Assembly: GCA_041687695.1 (NCBI GenBank)
Contig: JAWLBL010000030.1
Span: 32,001-96,000, forward strand
Reading direction: 5' to 3'
Source of the DNA: Myxococcota bacterium
GTDB taxonomy: Bacteria > Myxococcota_A > UBA9042 > PHBI01 > JAWLBL01
DNA: 64,000 bases
A program made the translations under genes and the position numbers. Under the pieces are notes generated by a model. The model ran no database searches and had not been told where the DNA came from. It was given only the letters and a program-made list of their open reading frames with translations. This document shows, piece after piece, positions 37,175 through 46,639 of the stretch; within the stretch, counting starts at the first letter, position 1, and each line of letters starts with the position of its first letter.

Positions 37175-38632
37175 TCAACTCGAGGACAGGACGAAGGTGT
37201 GCGAGAAGGTGACCGCGCCGCCGGAGGCGGGCGGGAACTTCCAGCTCTTGACCTTGCCCGAGATGCACGAGCCGATGCTTCCGTCGCCCGTCGTGTTCTC
37301 GACGACGTTGACCGAGGTGACGCGACCGGCGGTGCCGATGACGAACTTGATCGAGACCTTGCCCTTGATGTTGGGGTTGGTCTTCAGCGCCGACTCGTAG
37401 CAGGCCTTGATGGCGCCCTTACGGCGCGAGAAGACGCTGGCGACGCTGCTCTTGTCGATGGTGCCCGTGCCGGTCGGCGAGGACAGGCTGTCGCGGATGT
37501 TCACCCGGACGGCCACCTCCTTGCCGCTCTTCTCCTTGGACTCGGTCTTGACGGTCTTGGTCGCGATGCGGCCGCCTGCGTCGTCACCCGTCAGCTTCTT
37601 GTAGCGCTCGCCGTCGGACTTCTCGACCGCCTTCGGCGCATAGCCGCCGGCCTGGCCGGCCTCCTTGTCGGCGAACGCCACGCCGCCGTCCAGGTTGAAC
37701 GCGTCGTCGAGCTTGGCCGACGCGACGCCCCCCGTCAGCGTGTTCATGCCGTCGTCACCGTCGCCGCCGTCGGACCCCAGCACGTGCAGGAAGGTCTTCT
37801 TGCGGACGTTCGAGGCGACCTCCTTGAAGCGCGCGCTGTCACGCGTCAGCTTCTTCTTCTCGCCCTGGGCCCCGTCGGGTTCGGCCGGCTTGGCCACCTT
37901 CTTCTTCTCGGGGCGCTTCTGAGGCTCGGGCTCCGGCTCGGGCTGGGGCGGCGCCTCGGCGACCTCGGTGGGGACCTCGGGCTCGTCCTTGGGCTCGTCG
38001 GGCTCCTTGATCTCGTCCTGCTCCTTTTCGCGCAGGACCTCGGCCTTGAGGACCTCGTAGGCGCGGTTGCCGCGCTTTTTCCACTGGTCCTGCAGGTACC
38101 GGCCCGTCTGGCGCCACCAGACGTCGAGGCCCACGCCCGTGCCACCCTGCAGCAGCATGCTGATGAGCAGGATGTAGGTGAAGGTCCAGTCGATGCGCGA
38201 GCTCATCCGCTGGCGCGTCGCGGCCGGGAGCGGCGGCTGCGCCACGACCGGCGGGGCGTCGACGAACTGGAACAGCAGCGTCGTGTCGCCGATGACGACC
38301 TTGCCGCGGGCGCGCTCGTCGAGCGCCAGGATGGTCAGGTTGCCGCGCTTTTCAGCCTTGCCCGACTTGGACAGCGCCTTGAGGTCGACGATGTCGGAGC
38401 CGACCGAGACGCGGCCCTCCATCGAGCCGTCGAAGACGAGCGCGTAGCCGTTGGCGCGCGCCTCGAAGAGCGTGTAGCTCTTGGGCAGGTGCGCCACCGG
38501 GAGGATGAACGTGTTCCGAGGGGCGGCCCCGATGGAGACGTCCTCGCGCTTACGCAGGACGCGCTCCTCGACGATCTTCCCGCCCTGGATGATCCCGATG
38601 CGCAGTACCTTGGTCTTGCCAGTGGTGGCCAT
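37175..38632 (-). CDS. GltG/AgmX/PglI-like protein (FHA-like N-domain, TM, Pro/Lys/Glu linker, TonB-C domain)
   Basis: C-terminal IKACYESALKTNPNIKGKVSIKFVIGTAGRV...CISGKVKSWKFP...F is the AgmX/PglI-type TonB-C pattern. Confidence 0.85.
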   Translation of the reverse strand: MATTGKTKVLRIGIIQGGKIVEERVLRKREDVSIGAAPRNTFILPVAHLPKSYTLFEARANGYALVFDGSMEGRVSVGSDIVDLKALSKSGKAEKRGNLTILALDERARGKVVIGDTTLLFQFVDAPPVVAQPPLPAATRQRMSSRIDWTFTYILLISMLLQGGTGVGLDVWWRQTGRYLQDQWKKRGNRAYEVLKAEVLREKEQDEIKEPDEPKDEPEVPTEVAEAPPQPEPEPEPQKRPEKKKVAKPAEPDGAQGEKKKLTRDSARFKEVASNVRKKTFLHVLGSDGGDGDDGMNTLTGGVASAKLDDAFNLDGGVAFADKEAGQAGGYAPKAVEKSDGERYKKLTGDDAGGRIATKTVKTESKEKSGKEVAVRVNIRDSLSSPTGTGTIDKSSVASVFSRRKGAIKACYESALKTNPNIKGKVSIKFVIGTAGRVTSVNVVENTTGDGSIGSCISGKVKSWKFPPASGGAVTFSHTFVLSSS

Positions 38633-38853
38633 CCATCACCCATCAAAAGAGCGCCAGCACCCATGGTGGTGCGCCGTGCGCGTCTCAGGACGCGCCGGGC
38701 GCGCCGTTCTTCTGAACTGAAGACTTCGGGACCAGCTGTGGGTCCGAGCCCGTCGGCGAAGACCTCGGTGGCCGGCGAGGGCCACCCCCGTGGGTGGTGA
38801 CCCGGCGCGCGGCGTCGGAGGACGACTGGGGTCAGCCGCCCTCCCGGGGACGG

Positions 38854-39474
38854 CTAGCGGTCGCCACCCTTGATGATGGCGAATCGAAGGTCACTGAGCC
38901 CGGCCATGCCGGCCGAGTGGACGACCTCCGCGATGATGCGGAAGGGGATGTCCTTGTCGCAGATGATGGTGATGACACCCTTGAACTCGCGGCCCAGCTC
39001 TTTGTTCTCGGCCTTGAGCTGCTTGACCATCTCGTCCAGCTTCTTGAACAGCGGCTGGATGAGGAAGCTCGACTCGGACCCGTCCTCCTTGAAGGACTTG
39101 TCGACGGCGTAGCCGTTGCCGACCTCGACGTAGTCCTCGTCCTGGCACACCTGGCCGCCCGCCGTCGTGCAGTCGATCTTCACGATCAACTTGTGGTCGA
39201 CGATGACGCCCTTCTTGGTGATGGTGACCGGGATCGAGTCTTCCGGGTCGTAGTTGGCCGTCGAGTTGGCCAGCTGCAGGTAGTTGTCCTGCGTGATGTT
39301 GAGCGGATCGCTGACGATGGTCACCAGGAGGAAGACGAGGAGGATCGTCATGATGTCCATCATCGAGTTGATGTTGAGACCGCCGCCCTCCTTGTCGCCG
39401 CGGCGTCCCTTCCTGGGCTTCTTGACGTAGTCCTCGTCGCCCTCGAAGATCTCGTTTTCCTGGTTGTCCGACAT
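38854..39474 (-). CDS. ExbD/TolR-family protein (Agl-like motor subunit), conserved Asp retained
   Basis: LNINSMMDIMTILLVFLL and CDKDIPF...AG. ATG 39474 has an RBS. Confidence 0.88.
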   Translation of the reverse strand: MSDNQENEIFEGDEDYVKKPRKGRRGDKEGGGLNINSMMDIMTILLVFLLVTIVSDPLNITQDNYLQLANSTANYDPEDSIPVTITKKGVIVDHKLIVKIDCTTAGGQVCQDEDYVEVGNGYAVDKSFKEDGSESSFLIQPLFKKLDEMVKQLKAENKELGREFKGVITIICDKDIPFRIIAEVVHSAGMAGLSDLRFAIIKGGDR

Positions 39475-39529
39475 CGTCTTCCTCACGGATGCAAAGGACG
39501 GGTTGACTCGCGCATCCTTACAGGGGGAT

Positions 39530-40141
39530 CTACTCGGCTACGACGAAGACCACGGCCGGGAAGAGGGCGACCGGCTCCTTGCTGCCGTCCTTCACCTCGG
39601 TCTTCGGCTGGGCCTTCATGTACTCGGCAAGGTCGGTGTACTCGTCCTTCTCGAGCCGGACACGGGTCGCGTCGATGGTCCGGGCAATGATGTGCCACGG
39701 GATGTTCATCTCGGCGCCGATGTTGATCGTCTTCTCGTCGGGGTACTGGGTCTTCTTGGCGGCGAGCTTGGAGTACAGGGCCGGGTAGTCGTACTCCTCG
39801 ACCTCCGTCATCACCCCGTCCTTGTTCGGCACCTGGAAGGTCCGCTTGTAGATCTTCGGCTCTTCCTCGGTGGTGTGCTCGGCCTGCTGCTTGATGGTGA
39901 AGCCCTTGCTGGTGATGAGCACCGTCAGGTTCAGGGGCTTCTTCTCGTTCTCGTCCGGCTTCTTGGCGGAGCCGCTTCCGAGGCGCGGAGCGTTCACGGC
40001 CTGGATCTTCACCTCGTAGAAGGTGAAGGCGAAGAGCAGCACCGGGATGAGGATGACGAGGATGGACATGATCGGGGTGAGGTTGAGCTCTTCAGCTGCC
40101 TCATCACCGCCATGTCGGCGTGAAGACGGGGTGCGTGCCAT
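39530..40141 (-). CDS. ExbD/TolR-family protein (Agl-like motor subunit), Asp replaced by Ser
   Basis: ELNLTPIMSILVILIPVLL and IGAEMNIPWHIIARTIDATR...LFP. Confidence 0.85.
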   Translation of the reverse strand: MARTPSSRRHGGDEAAEELNLTPIMSILVILIPVLLFAFTFYEVKIQAVNAPRLGSGSAKKPDENEKKPLNLTVLITSKGFTIKQQAEHTTEEEPKIYKRTFQVPNKDGVMTEVEEYDYPALYSKLAAKKTQYPDEKTINIGAEMNIPWHIIARTIDATRVRLEKDEYTDLAEYMKAQPKTEVKDGSKEPVALFPAVVFVVAE

Positions 40142-40230
40142 GAAGTGCCTCCGGCCTGGTTCGGAACGGCTCGGCGGCCGCGCCCGACACCCACGAAGGG
40201 CGGGGCCGCCGAGCTGAGGTAGGGCCTAGC

Positions 40231-40875
40231 TTAGCCGCGGTCCGAGCCCGGCTTGTTGCGGGAGATGAGCAGGTTCTCGAGCTTGACCGAGTAGAGGTCG
40301 ATCTCGTCGATGATCTTCTTGGTCACGCCGCTGAGGATGACGTGGGCGCCGATGCAGGGGATGGCCACGATGAGGCCGAAGGCCGTCGTGTTCATCGCGA
40401 GCGAGATGTTCCGGCCCAGCGCCTCCTGGCGCTTGTCCGGAGCCACCGTCGCCAGATCCGCGAAGGCGCCGATCATGCCGATGATGGTGCCGAGGAGGCC
40501 CAGCAGGGTCGCGATGTTGGCGATCGCCTGGAGCGCGTTGGTGCGCTTCTGGATGATCGGCACCACCTCGAGGGTGGCCTCCTCGACCGCGTTCTGGATC
40601 TCCTCCGAGCCCTTGTTGGCGCGGGTGAGGCCGGCCTTGATGACCCGGGCCAGCGCCGCGGACGGGGCCGCGTTGCAGAGCTTGATGGCCTTGTCGATCG
40701 AGTTGGCCATCACGAGCTTCTGGATTTGAGCCATGAACGCGTTGGCGTTGATGTTGTACTTGAAGAACAGGAAGATGACCCGCTCGATGATGATGCCGAT
40801 GCCAAGAATCGAGGCGCACAGGATGACGTACATCCAGATGCCACCCTCGCTCATCGCCTTCGCAATCTGGTCCAT
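40231..40875 (-). CDS. MotA/TolQ/ExbB proton-channel protein (AglR-like)
   Basis: ATLLGLLGTIIGMIGAF and ISLAMNTTAFGLIVAIP. ATG 40875 has RBS GGAGG. Confidence 0.92.
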   Translation of the reverse strand: MDQIAKAMSEGGIWMYVILCASILGIGIIIERVIFLFFKYNINANAFMAQIQKLVMANSIDKAIKLCNAAPSAALARVIKAGLTRANKGSEEIQNAVEEATLEVVPIIQKRTNALQAIANIATLLGLLGTIIGMIGAFADLATVAPDKRQEALGRNISLAMNTTAFGLIVAIPCIGAHVILSGVTKKIIDEIDLYSVKLENLLISRNKPGSDRG

Positions 40876-41257
40876 GGACTCTCTACCTCCCGTGGGACGC
40901 GGTCGACTCGGCCCTTCCAACCCGACCGTGCTCTTGATGACCTACTTCAGCTCGGTGTCCCAGTAACCCCTGGGTACCCCGTACCCGGGGCCCTGAAACG
41001 CTTACCTGCCCTCGGGCGCGCGGTCAAGCCCACAGCAGCCTGATCTTCATCGGGTTTACGAGCGGTTGCGCGCTCGGCTGCGGACAAGGGACGCGCGACT
41101 GCGCTGAAGCTTACAGCACCGGGACCGCTCCACCGTGGAGGACGGCCCCACACCGCTGGTGCACGGCCGCTGCAAGGCGGTCGCGCCCCGACGGACGCTC
41201 TCGGCCAGCGGGAGGGACCCGATGGCCGGCTCTGGCACGGATGGTTGGCCACGCTCT

Positions 41258-41548
41258 TCAGAACGGGTTCTTCCGCGCAGAGGTCACGATTCGGTCGACG
41301 AAGCTCTGGTCGAGCTTGAGCCCACGATAGCGGAACTCGGCCCGTCCAAGCACGTAAAATACCTGAGGTTTTGAGATCTTGCCCTCGATCTCGAGCTCGC
41401 CGAGATCGATCACGCCGCCGTCCTTCTTGCCGGCGTCGTCCTGGGCGGAGGCCGGCGCCGGCGACACCAGCGCGAGCAGCCCCATGAGGGCCATGGCCAG
41501 CCTGGTGAGGCGGCGCGTCGATGTGGAGGTCGTCGTCATCGGCTGCAT
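41258..41548 (-). CDS. GltF/CglF-like small secreted protein
   Basis: Signal peptide, then IDLGELEIEGKISKPQVFYVLGR...SFVDRI, resembling GltF-family proteins. Sits directly after a GltE-like gene. Confidence 0.7.
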   Translation of the reverse strand: MQPMTTTSTSTRRLTRLAMALMGLLALVSPAPASAQDDAGKKDGGVIDLGELEIEGKISKPQVFYVLGRAEFRYRGLKLDQSFVDRIVTSARKNPF

Positions 41549-41660
41549 CCCCGAAACCCCGAAGCCGCTCCCGGCGGCAGCGACGGCATTGTAACCTGCC
41601 ACGCCACCCACGTCGACGGCGACCATGCGTCCGGTTACCGCTTCACGCGCGCGACGCGGC

Positions 41661-43055
41661 TCAGACACCGTCGCCCTCCTCGGCCGGCGCAGGCGCGGCG
41701 GGCGCCGCGTCCGTGGGCGCGCCGTCGAAGGCCTCGTCCGGCGGCGCCGTGGGCGGCTCGTCGCCGGGCGGGTCTTCGCTCGGCGGCGCCTCGGCGGGCG
41801 CGGGATCCGCCGACTTGAGCTCCTCCTGCTTGCGCTGCTGCTCCTGCTCGATGAGCAGCTTCGCCTCGCCGATGAACTTGTCGACGTCGGCCAGATCGGC
41901 GCCGCGTGGGTTCGCCTCGCGCTTGTAGGTGTTGAAGGCCTCGATGGCGGCGTTGAGCTGCGCCTCGCGCTCGCGCCCCGGCAGGCGGTTCTCGAGGTAG
42001 AGGATGCCCAGGTTGTACCAGGCGTCCCAGAGCCGCGGGTCGAGCGCCAGCGCCTTCTTCCAGCTGGCCTCGGCGTCGTCGAAGCGGCCGGCGCCTCGTT
42101 GGGCGCTGCCCAGGTTCAGGTGCGCGTACGCGAAGGCCGGCGCCGCCGCGACCGCGCGCCCGAGGACGTCCATCGCCGCCTCGTGGTTGCGGACCCGGTT
42201 GTAGACGACGCCCAGGTTGTTGAGCGCCTCGAGGTTGCCGGGCTGCGCCGCGATCGCCTGCTCGAGGCGGCCGCGGGCCTCGAGCAGCTTGCCCCGGTTC
42301 ATCAGGATGCCCGAGAGCAGGACCAACGCCTCGGCGTCCTTGTCGAGCTCGAGCACGCGATCGATGATCGACTCGGCCGTCGCGTCCTTGCCCAGCGCCA
42401 GATAGGTGCGGGCCAGAATCTTCATCGCCGCGACCGAGGTCTCGGCCTTCTTCAGCACCGCCGTCGCCGTGCGCTGCGCCGCCGGATGCTGCCCGGTGAG
42501 CAGCTGGCCCTCGGCCAGCGCGATCTGTAGCGCCAGGTCGTCGCGGGCCTGGTTGGCGACGCGCTCGACATCCTTGAGCACGCCGTCGGCCATGCGCTGC
42601 GGCGCGGCCAGGCGCAGCTGCAGCACCCAGCAGGGCGCGTGGCGAGGCGCGACGGCCGTGCAGGTCTTGGTCGCGGCCCAGGCCTCGGGGACGCTGCCCT
42701 TGTGCAGCTTGAGCCGCGCCAGCTGGAAGTGCGCGCCGGCGGCCTTGTCGTCGATGGTCAGCGCCAGGCCGATCTTGGCCTCGGCCGCGTTCAGCGAGCC
42801 CTTGTCGAGCAGCTGACCGCCCTCCCAGGCGTAGCGCTCGGCCTGGCTGAGGCCGGCCGGAGCGCCTCCGGCAGGGGCGTCTTCGTCGACCGGCGCCTCG
42901 GTCGGCTCGGGCTCGGCCGGCGCGTCGGCGGGCGCTTCGGCGGGCGCGGCCTCGACGGGCGGGTCGGTCTGAGCGACGGCCCGGGGCACGACCATGACGA
43001 CCGCGGCCAGGCCCCCGACGACGGTCAGGAGGCGACGGAGCGTGGGCGCGCTCAT
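41661..43055 (-). CDS. TPR protein (GltE/AglT-like)
   Basis: Signal peptide; TPRs ALNNLGVVY, AHLNLGSA and AWYNLGILY; coupled to the upstream gene. Confidence 0.75.
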   Translation of the reverse strand: MSAPTLRRLLTVVGGLAAVVMVVPRAVAQTDPPVEAAPAEAPADAPAEPEPTEAPVDEDAPAGGAPAGLSQAERYAWEGGQLLDKGSLNAAEAKIGLALTIDDKAAGAHFQLARLKLHKGSVPEAWAATKTCTAVAPRHAPCWVLQLRLAAPQRMADGVLKDVERVANQARDDLALQIALAEGQLLTGQHPAAQRTATAVLKKAETSVAAMKILARTYLALGKDATAESIIDRVLELDKDAEALVLLSGILMNRGKLLEARGRLEQAIAAQPGNLEALNNLGVVYNRVRNHEAAMDVLGRAVAAAPAFAYAHLNLGSAQRGAGRFDDAEASWKKALALDPRLWDAWYNLGILYLENRLPGREREAQLNAAIEAFNTYKREANPRGADLADVDKFIGEAKLLIEQEQQRKQEELKSADPAPAEAPPSEDPPGDEPPTAPPDEAFDGAPTDAAPAAPAPAEEGDGV

Positions 43056-46000
43056 CAGCGGACCTCCGGCGCGCGCGTGTCGATCGTGTAGAGCGGCTCG
43101 AACTGCGCGCGGAGCTTCTCTTCCTTGAAGAGCGGGTACTTGTCCGGCTGGTACTTGTTGATGGCCTCGAGGGCCTGACGGGCGCACTGGTTGGTGACCT
43201 TGAGCCGGCGCGACTGCTCGACCGTCGTCTCGTAGCGCTCGATGGCGACGTTCTCGTACTTCAAGCCCTCGTCCTCGATCATGACGATGTAGGCGTCGAG
43301 CTCCTCCTCGCTGAGGCCGTCGGGCTCGGGCGCGGCGTACAGCGTCGCGGCGAACTCCTTGAAGAGGTCGCCGAGGCGGACGTAGGCGCAGATGGTCCAG
43401 TCGACCGCCTTGTACTGGAAGACGTCGGCGTACTCGTTCTGAAGCTCGCCCAGGAACTTCTGCTTGCGCGACAGGTCCAGGGCCTGCTTCTTCTGGTTGC
43501 CCCTGAGCCGGATGGCCGCGTACTCCTGAAAGCGCAGCTCGATGAGCTCGTAGCGCGCCTTGGCCGCGGCCACCGAGGCCTCACCCCCGGGCTCGAGCGC
43601 GCGCGCCGAGAACTCGCGCAGCACCTCTTGCCAGTGCTTCTGGGCGGTCGAGGTCTTGCCCTGCTTCTTGGCCAGGTCACCCAGGCGCATCGTGGCCAGC
43701 ACCACCCGGTTGTCCATGCCGACCGTCCCGCGGAACCGGTCGACGAAGGCCTTCCACACCCGCTCCTGCTCGCGCTCGTCGCCCAGCTTCTCGTACAGCT
43801 CGCCGGCCCGGAACAGGGCCGTCGCCGCGTCGGGCCGGTCGCCGAACAGGCCGGCGTAGCGCTCGTAGGTCCGCGCCGCGTCCAGCGTGTCGCCGTTGTT
43901 CTCTTGCAGCGTCGCGGCCTGGTAGAGCGCGTAGGAGCGGTTCTCGCTGGACTCGTAGCGGCCGACCAGGGCCAGGTAGGCGGTCGTCGCCTTGTCGAAC
44001 TGGAAGAACAGCTTGTAGTTCTCGGCCAGCTCGAACAGCGAGTCCTCGGCGAACTCGCTCTTGTTGAAGCGGCTGTCCGTCACCAGCTTCTCGAACAGGC
44101 GCGAGGCCGAGTCGTAGTACTTGACCTCCTTGTAGGCGCTGGCGGCGTTGTAGTAGGCCTTGTCCGCGAAGGGGGCGTCGGGGTTCTGGTCGGCCAGGCG
44201 CTCGAACTCGCGCGCCGCCTCGAGGTAGCTCTTGGCGGCGAGCAGCGCCTCGGCGTGCTGGAACTGCGCGCCCAGCTTGAAGACCTTGATCTCCTTGCGG
44301 ATGGCGGCCTGCTGCTCGGCGTTGCCCAGGGCCAGGCGGTCGGCGAGATCGGCCCACTTCTCGAGGTTGGGCCAGTCGTTCTCCTCGCGATACGAGTTGA
44401 TGATGTTCGCGATGGCGTTCGCCGCCACCTCCTCGGTGGGGTGGCACGACAGGATCTGCTCGTAGCGCCGCCGGGCCTCGGGGAGATCGCGGTAGCGGTA
44501 GTGCATGTCGGCGGCCTGGTAGGCCAGCTGCGACTGCGCCTTGCGCCCGCCGTCGCGCTGCAGATCGCGGATGACGTAGAAGTCGATCGCCTCGATCCAC
44601 ACGCGGACGGCCTCGGGCAGCGTCTCGGCCGTCACGCGACGCGTATCGTCGCCGCCCTCGGCGGGGGGCGCCGCCCAGTCGCGCAGCGGATCGCTCTTGG
44701 GGTCCAGGACGCCCTGGTCCACCAACCCGCCGAGGATCTTCTCGTGGGACTTGATGGCCGACCAGGCGGCGACCTCGCGGTAGGTGTCGTGGTGGGCGTG
44801 GCCGGCGACCGTCGAATACGCGCGCGCCGCCTTGTCGAACTGCCCCGAGTAGTAGAGCGCCTCGGCCAGGTAGAAGGCCATCTCGTAGCTGGCCGGCTCG
44901 GTCGGGTAGCGGTCCAGGTAGGCCTGGTAGGCCTCGGCCGCGCGCAGGTACTGGTCCTGGGCCTCGACCAGCAGCGACGGGTCCTCTTCCAGGCGGGCCT
45001 GGGTCTTCAGCTCCTGCGCGCGCTGGTGGTGCCACAGCGCGCGCTCGCGCAGGGCCCGCTCCACCGCGGCGGTCGCCTCGCGCTGCGCCCGCGGGTCGCC
45101 GGCGTTCGCGCGCGCCCAGGGGCTGTCGGCCGCGAACATGGCGGCGAGGCGCTTGCGCTCCTCGGTGGCCTGGTTCACGTCGCGCAGCACGTCGTAGATC
45201 TTCACGACCTGCATCTGCCAGTCGATCGCCTTGGGCGAGCTCGCCTGGCGCCGCAGCAGCTCGCGGTAGACCTCGATGGACTCCGCGTACTTGGTGCGAT
45301 CGTGCAGGTTGTACAGGCTCTCGGCGTAGCGCTCGATGATGTCGGTCTCGTAGGGCGCGCCCTCGCTGAGGTACGACAGCGCGCGCCCGACGCCCGCCGC
45401 GTCGTCCTTGAGCCCGTCGGCGTCCCAGTCGTCTTCGGCCAGGCTCTTGGCGAGGTAGTCGATGGCCTCCTCGCGCAGCGCGCTGCCGGTGCCTTCGCTG
45501 GCGTCCTGGTTCTTGTCGTACCAGGCGATGAGCTGCTTGAAGGTCTTGATGGCCTGGTCGTAGTCGTAGACCTGGAAGTAGGTCCAGGCCAGCTTGTACA
45601 GCGCCTTGTCGTAGTACTTGGACTGCGAGTACTGCATGGCGGCGATGTAGGCCTCGGAGGCCTGCCGGAACTCGCCGTTGTCGAAGAGGATCTCGCCGAC
45701 CCGGAGCAGCACCTCGGGGGCGTACTCGCTCTTGGGGAAGCGGTCGACCAGCTGCTGCCAGGCGACCTGCGCCTCGCGATCCTCGCCCGCCTCGTTGAGG
45801 ACGTAGCCGAGCAGGTAGTACACCGCGTCGCCGTAGCGGTAGCGCTCGCCGAAGCGCTGGATGAGCTGCCGGTACACGCGGATGGAGTCGGCGTACTCGC
45901 GCTCGGGCGCCTGCGGCTCCTCGGGGATCTTGCCGCGCTGATACAGGGCGCGCTCGGCGTCGTAGCGCTCGGCGGCGTCCTGGTAGTCCACCGCGCTGCG

Positions 46001-46639
46001 CTCGTAGTACAGCTCGGCCAGGCGGAACATCGCGTCGGGCGTGTAGCGATCGTCGCTCGGGTACTTCCGGACGAAGCCCTCGAAGCGCTTGATGGCGTCC
46101 TCGCGGCGGCTGCGCTCCTCGACGTCGACGTCGGCCACCAGCTTGTCGTAGCGGCGCGTGAGCCCGAGGCGCCGCTTGTCGATGGCCTGCTTGACGATGG
46201 TGTGGACCTCCTTGCGGAAGTCCTCGGACGTGTCGACGTAGCGCTGGACGCTCTTCTCGAAGGCCAGGCGCTCGGCCTCGACCTTGAGGTCCGTCGGGCG
46301 GCTCGGCGCGGCCTCTTGTCCGACCTTCTGGGCCTTGGCCTTGTCGGCGGCGAGGTCTCGCTCGCACTTGGGCAGCTCGCTCGCGCCCGGCGCCGCAGCG
46401 GGCGGCTCCTCGGTCGGCGCGGAGTCGGCCTCTTCGGTGGCCGCCTCGTCACCCGGCGTGGGTGCTTCGGGTGAAGTCTGGTCGGTCGCCTCGGTCGGCG
46501 CCTCGTCCCCGGGCGCCTCCTCGGCGGGCGCCTCCTCGGCGGCCTTGTCGTCCATCGGTTGGGCCGCGGCCGGCGCCGCGAGCCCCAGGCCCACGCACGC
46601 CACGATCGCCGCGCGGCAGCTCGGCCAAAGGCGCCTCAC
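43055..46639 (-). CDS. Large TPR protein (GltD/AgmU-like)
   Basis: GTG 46639 is coupled to the upstream stop. Signal peptide; many TPRs (AMFRLAELY, ALYKLAWTYF); C-terminus APEPDGLSEEELDAY...YE resembles GltD. Confidence 0.78.
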   Translation of the reverse strand: MRRLWPSCRAAIVACVGLGLAAPAAAQPMDDKAAEEAPAEEAPGDEAPTEATDQTSPEAPTPGDEAATEEADSAPTEEPPAAAPGASELPKCERDLAADKAKAQKVGQEAAPSRPTDLKVEAERLAFEKSVQRYVDTSEDFRKEVHTIVKQAIDKRRLGLTRRYDKLVADVDVEERSRREDAIKRFEGFVRKYPSDDRYTPDAMFRLAELYYERSAVDYQDAAERYDAERALYQRGKIPEEPQAPEREYADSIRVYRQLIQRFGERYRYGDAVYYLLGYVLNEAGEDREAQVAWQQLVDRFPKSEYAPEVLLRVGEILFDNGEFRQASEAYIAAMQYSQSKYYDKALYKLAWTYFQVYDYDQAIKTFKQLIAWYDKNQDASEGTGSALREEAIDYLAKSLAEDDWDADGLKDDAAGVGRALSYLSEGAPYETDIIERYAESLYNLHDRTKYAESIEVYRELLRRQASSPKAIDWQMQVVKIYDVLRDVNQATEERKRLAAMFAADSPWARANAGDPRAQREATAAVERALRERALWHHQRAQELKTQARLEEDPSLLVEAQDQYLRAAEAYQAYLDRYPTEPASYEMAFYLAEALYYSGQFDKAARAYSTVAGHAHHDTYREVAAWSAIKSHEKILGGLVDQGVLDPKSDPLRDWAAPPAEGGDDTRRVTAETLPEAVRVWIEAIDFYVIRDLQRDGGRKAQSQLAYQAADMHYRYRDLPEARRRYEQILSCHPTEEVAANAIANIINSYREENDWPNLEKWADLADRLALGNAEQQAAIRKEIKVFKLGAQFQHAEALLAAKSYLEAAREFERLADQNPDAPFADKAYYNAASAYKEVKYYDSASRLFEKLVTDSRFNKSEFAEDSLFELAENYKLFFQFDKATTAYLALVGRYESSENRSYALYQAATLQENNGDTLDAARTYERYAGLFGDRPDAATALFRAGELYEKLGDEREQERVWKAFVDRFRGTVGMDNRVVLATMRLGDLAKKQGKTSTAQKHWQEVLREFSARALEPGGEASVAAAKARYELIELRFQEYAAIRLRGNQKKQALDLSRKQKFLGELQNEYADVFQYKAVDWTICAYVRLGDLFKEFAATLYAAPEPDGLSEEELDAYIVMIEDEGLKYENVAIERYETTVEQSRRLKVTNQCARQALEAINKYQPDKYPLFKEEKLRAQFEPLYTIDTRAPEVR

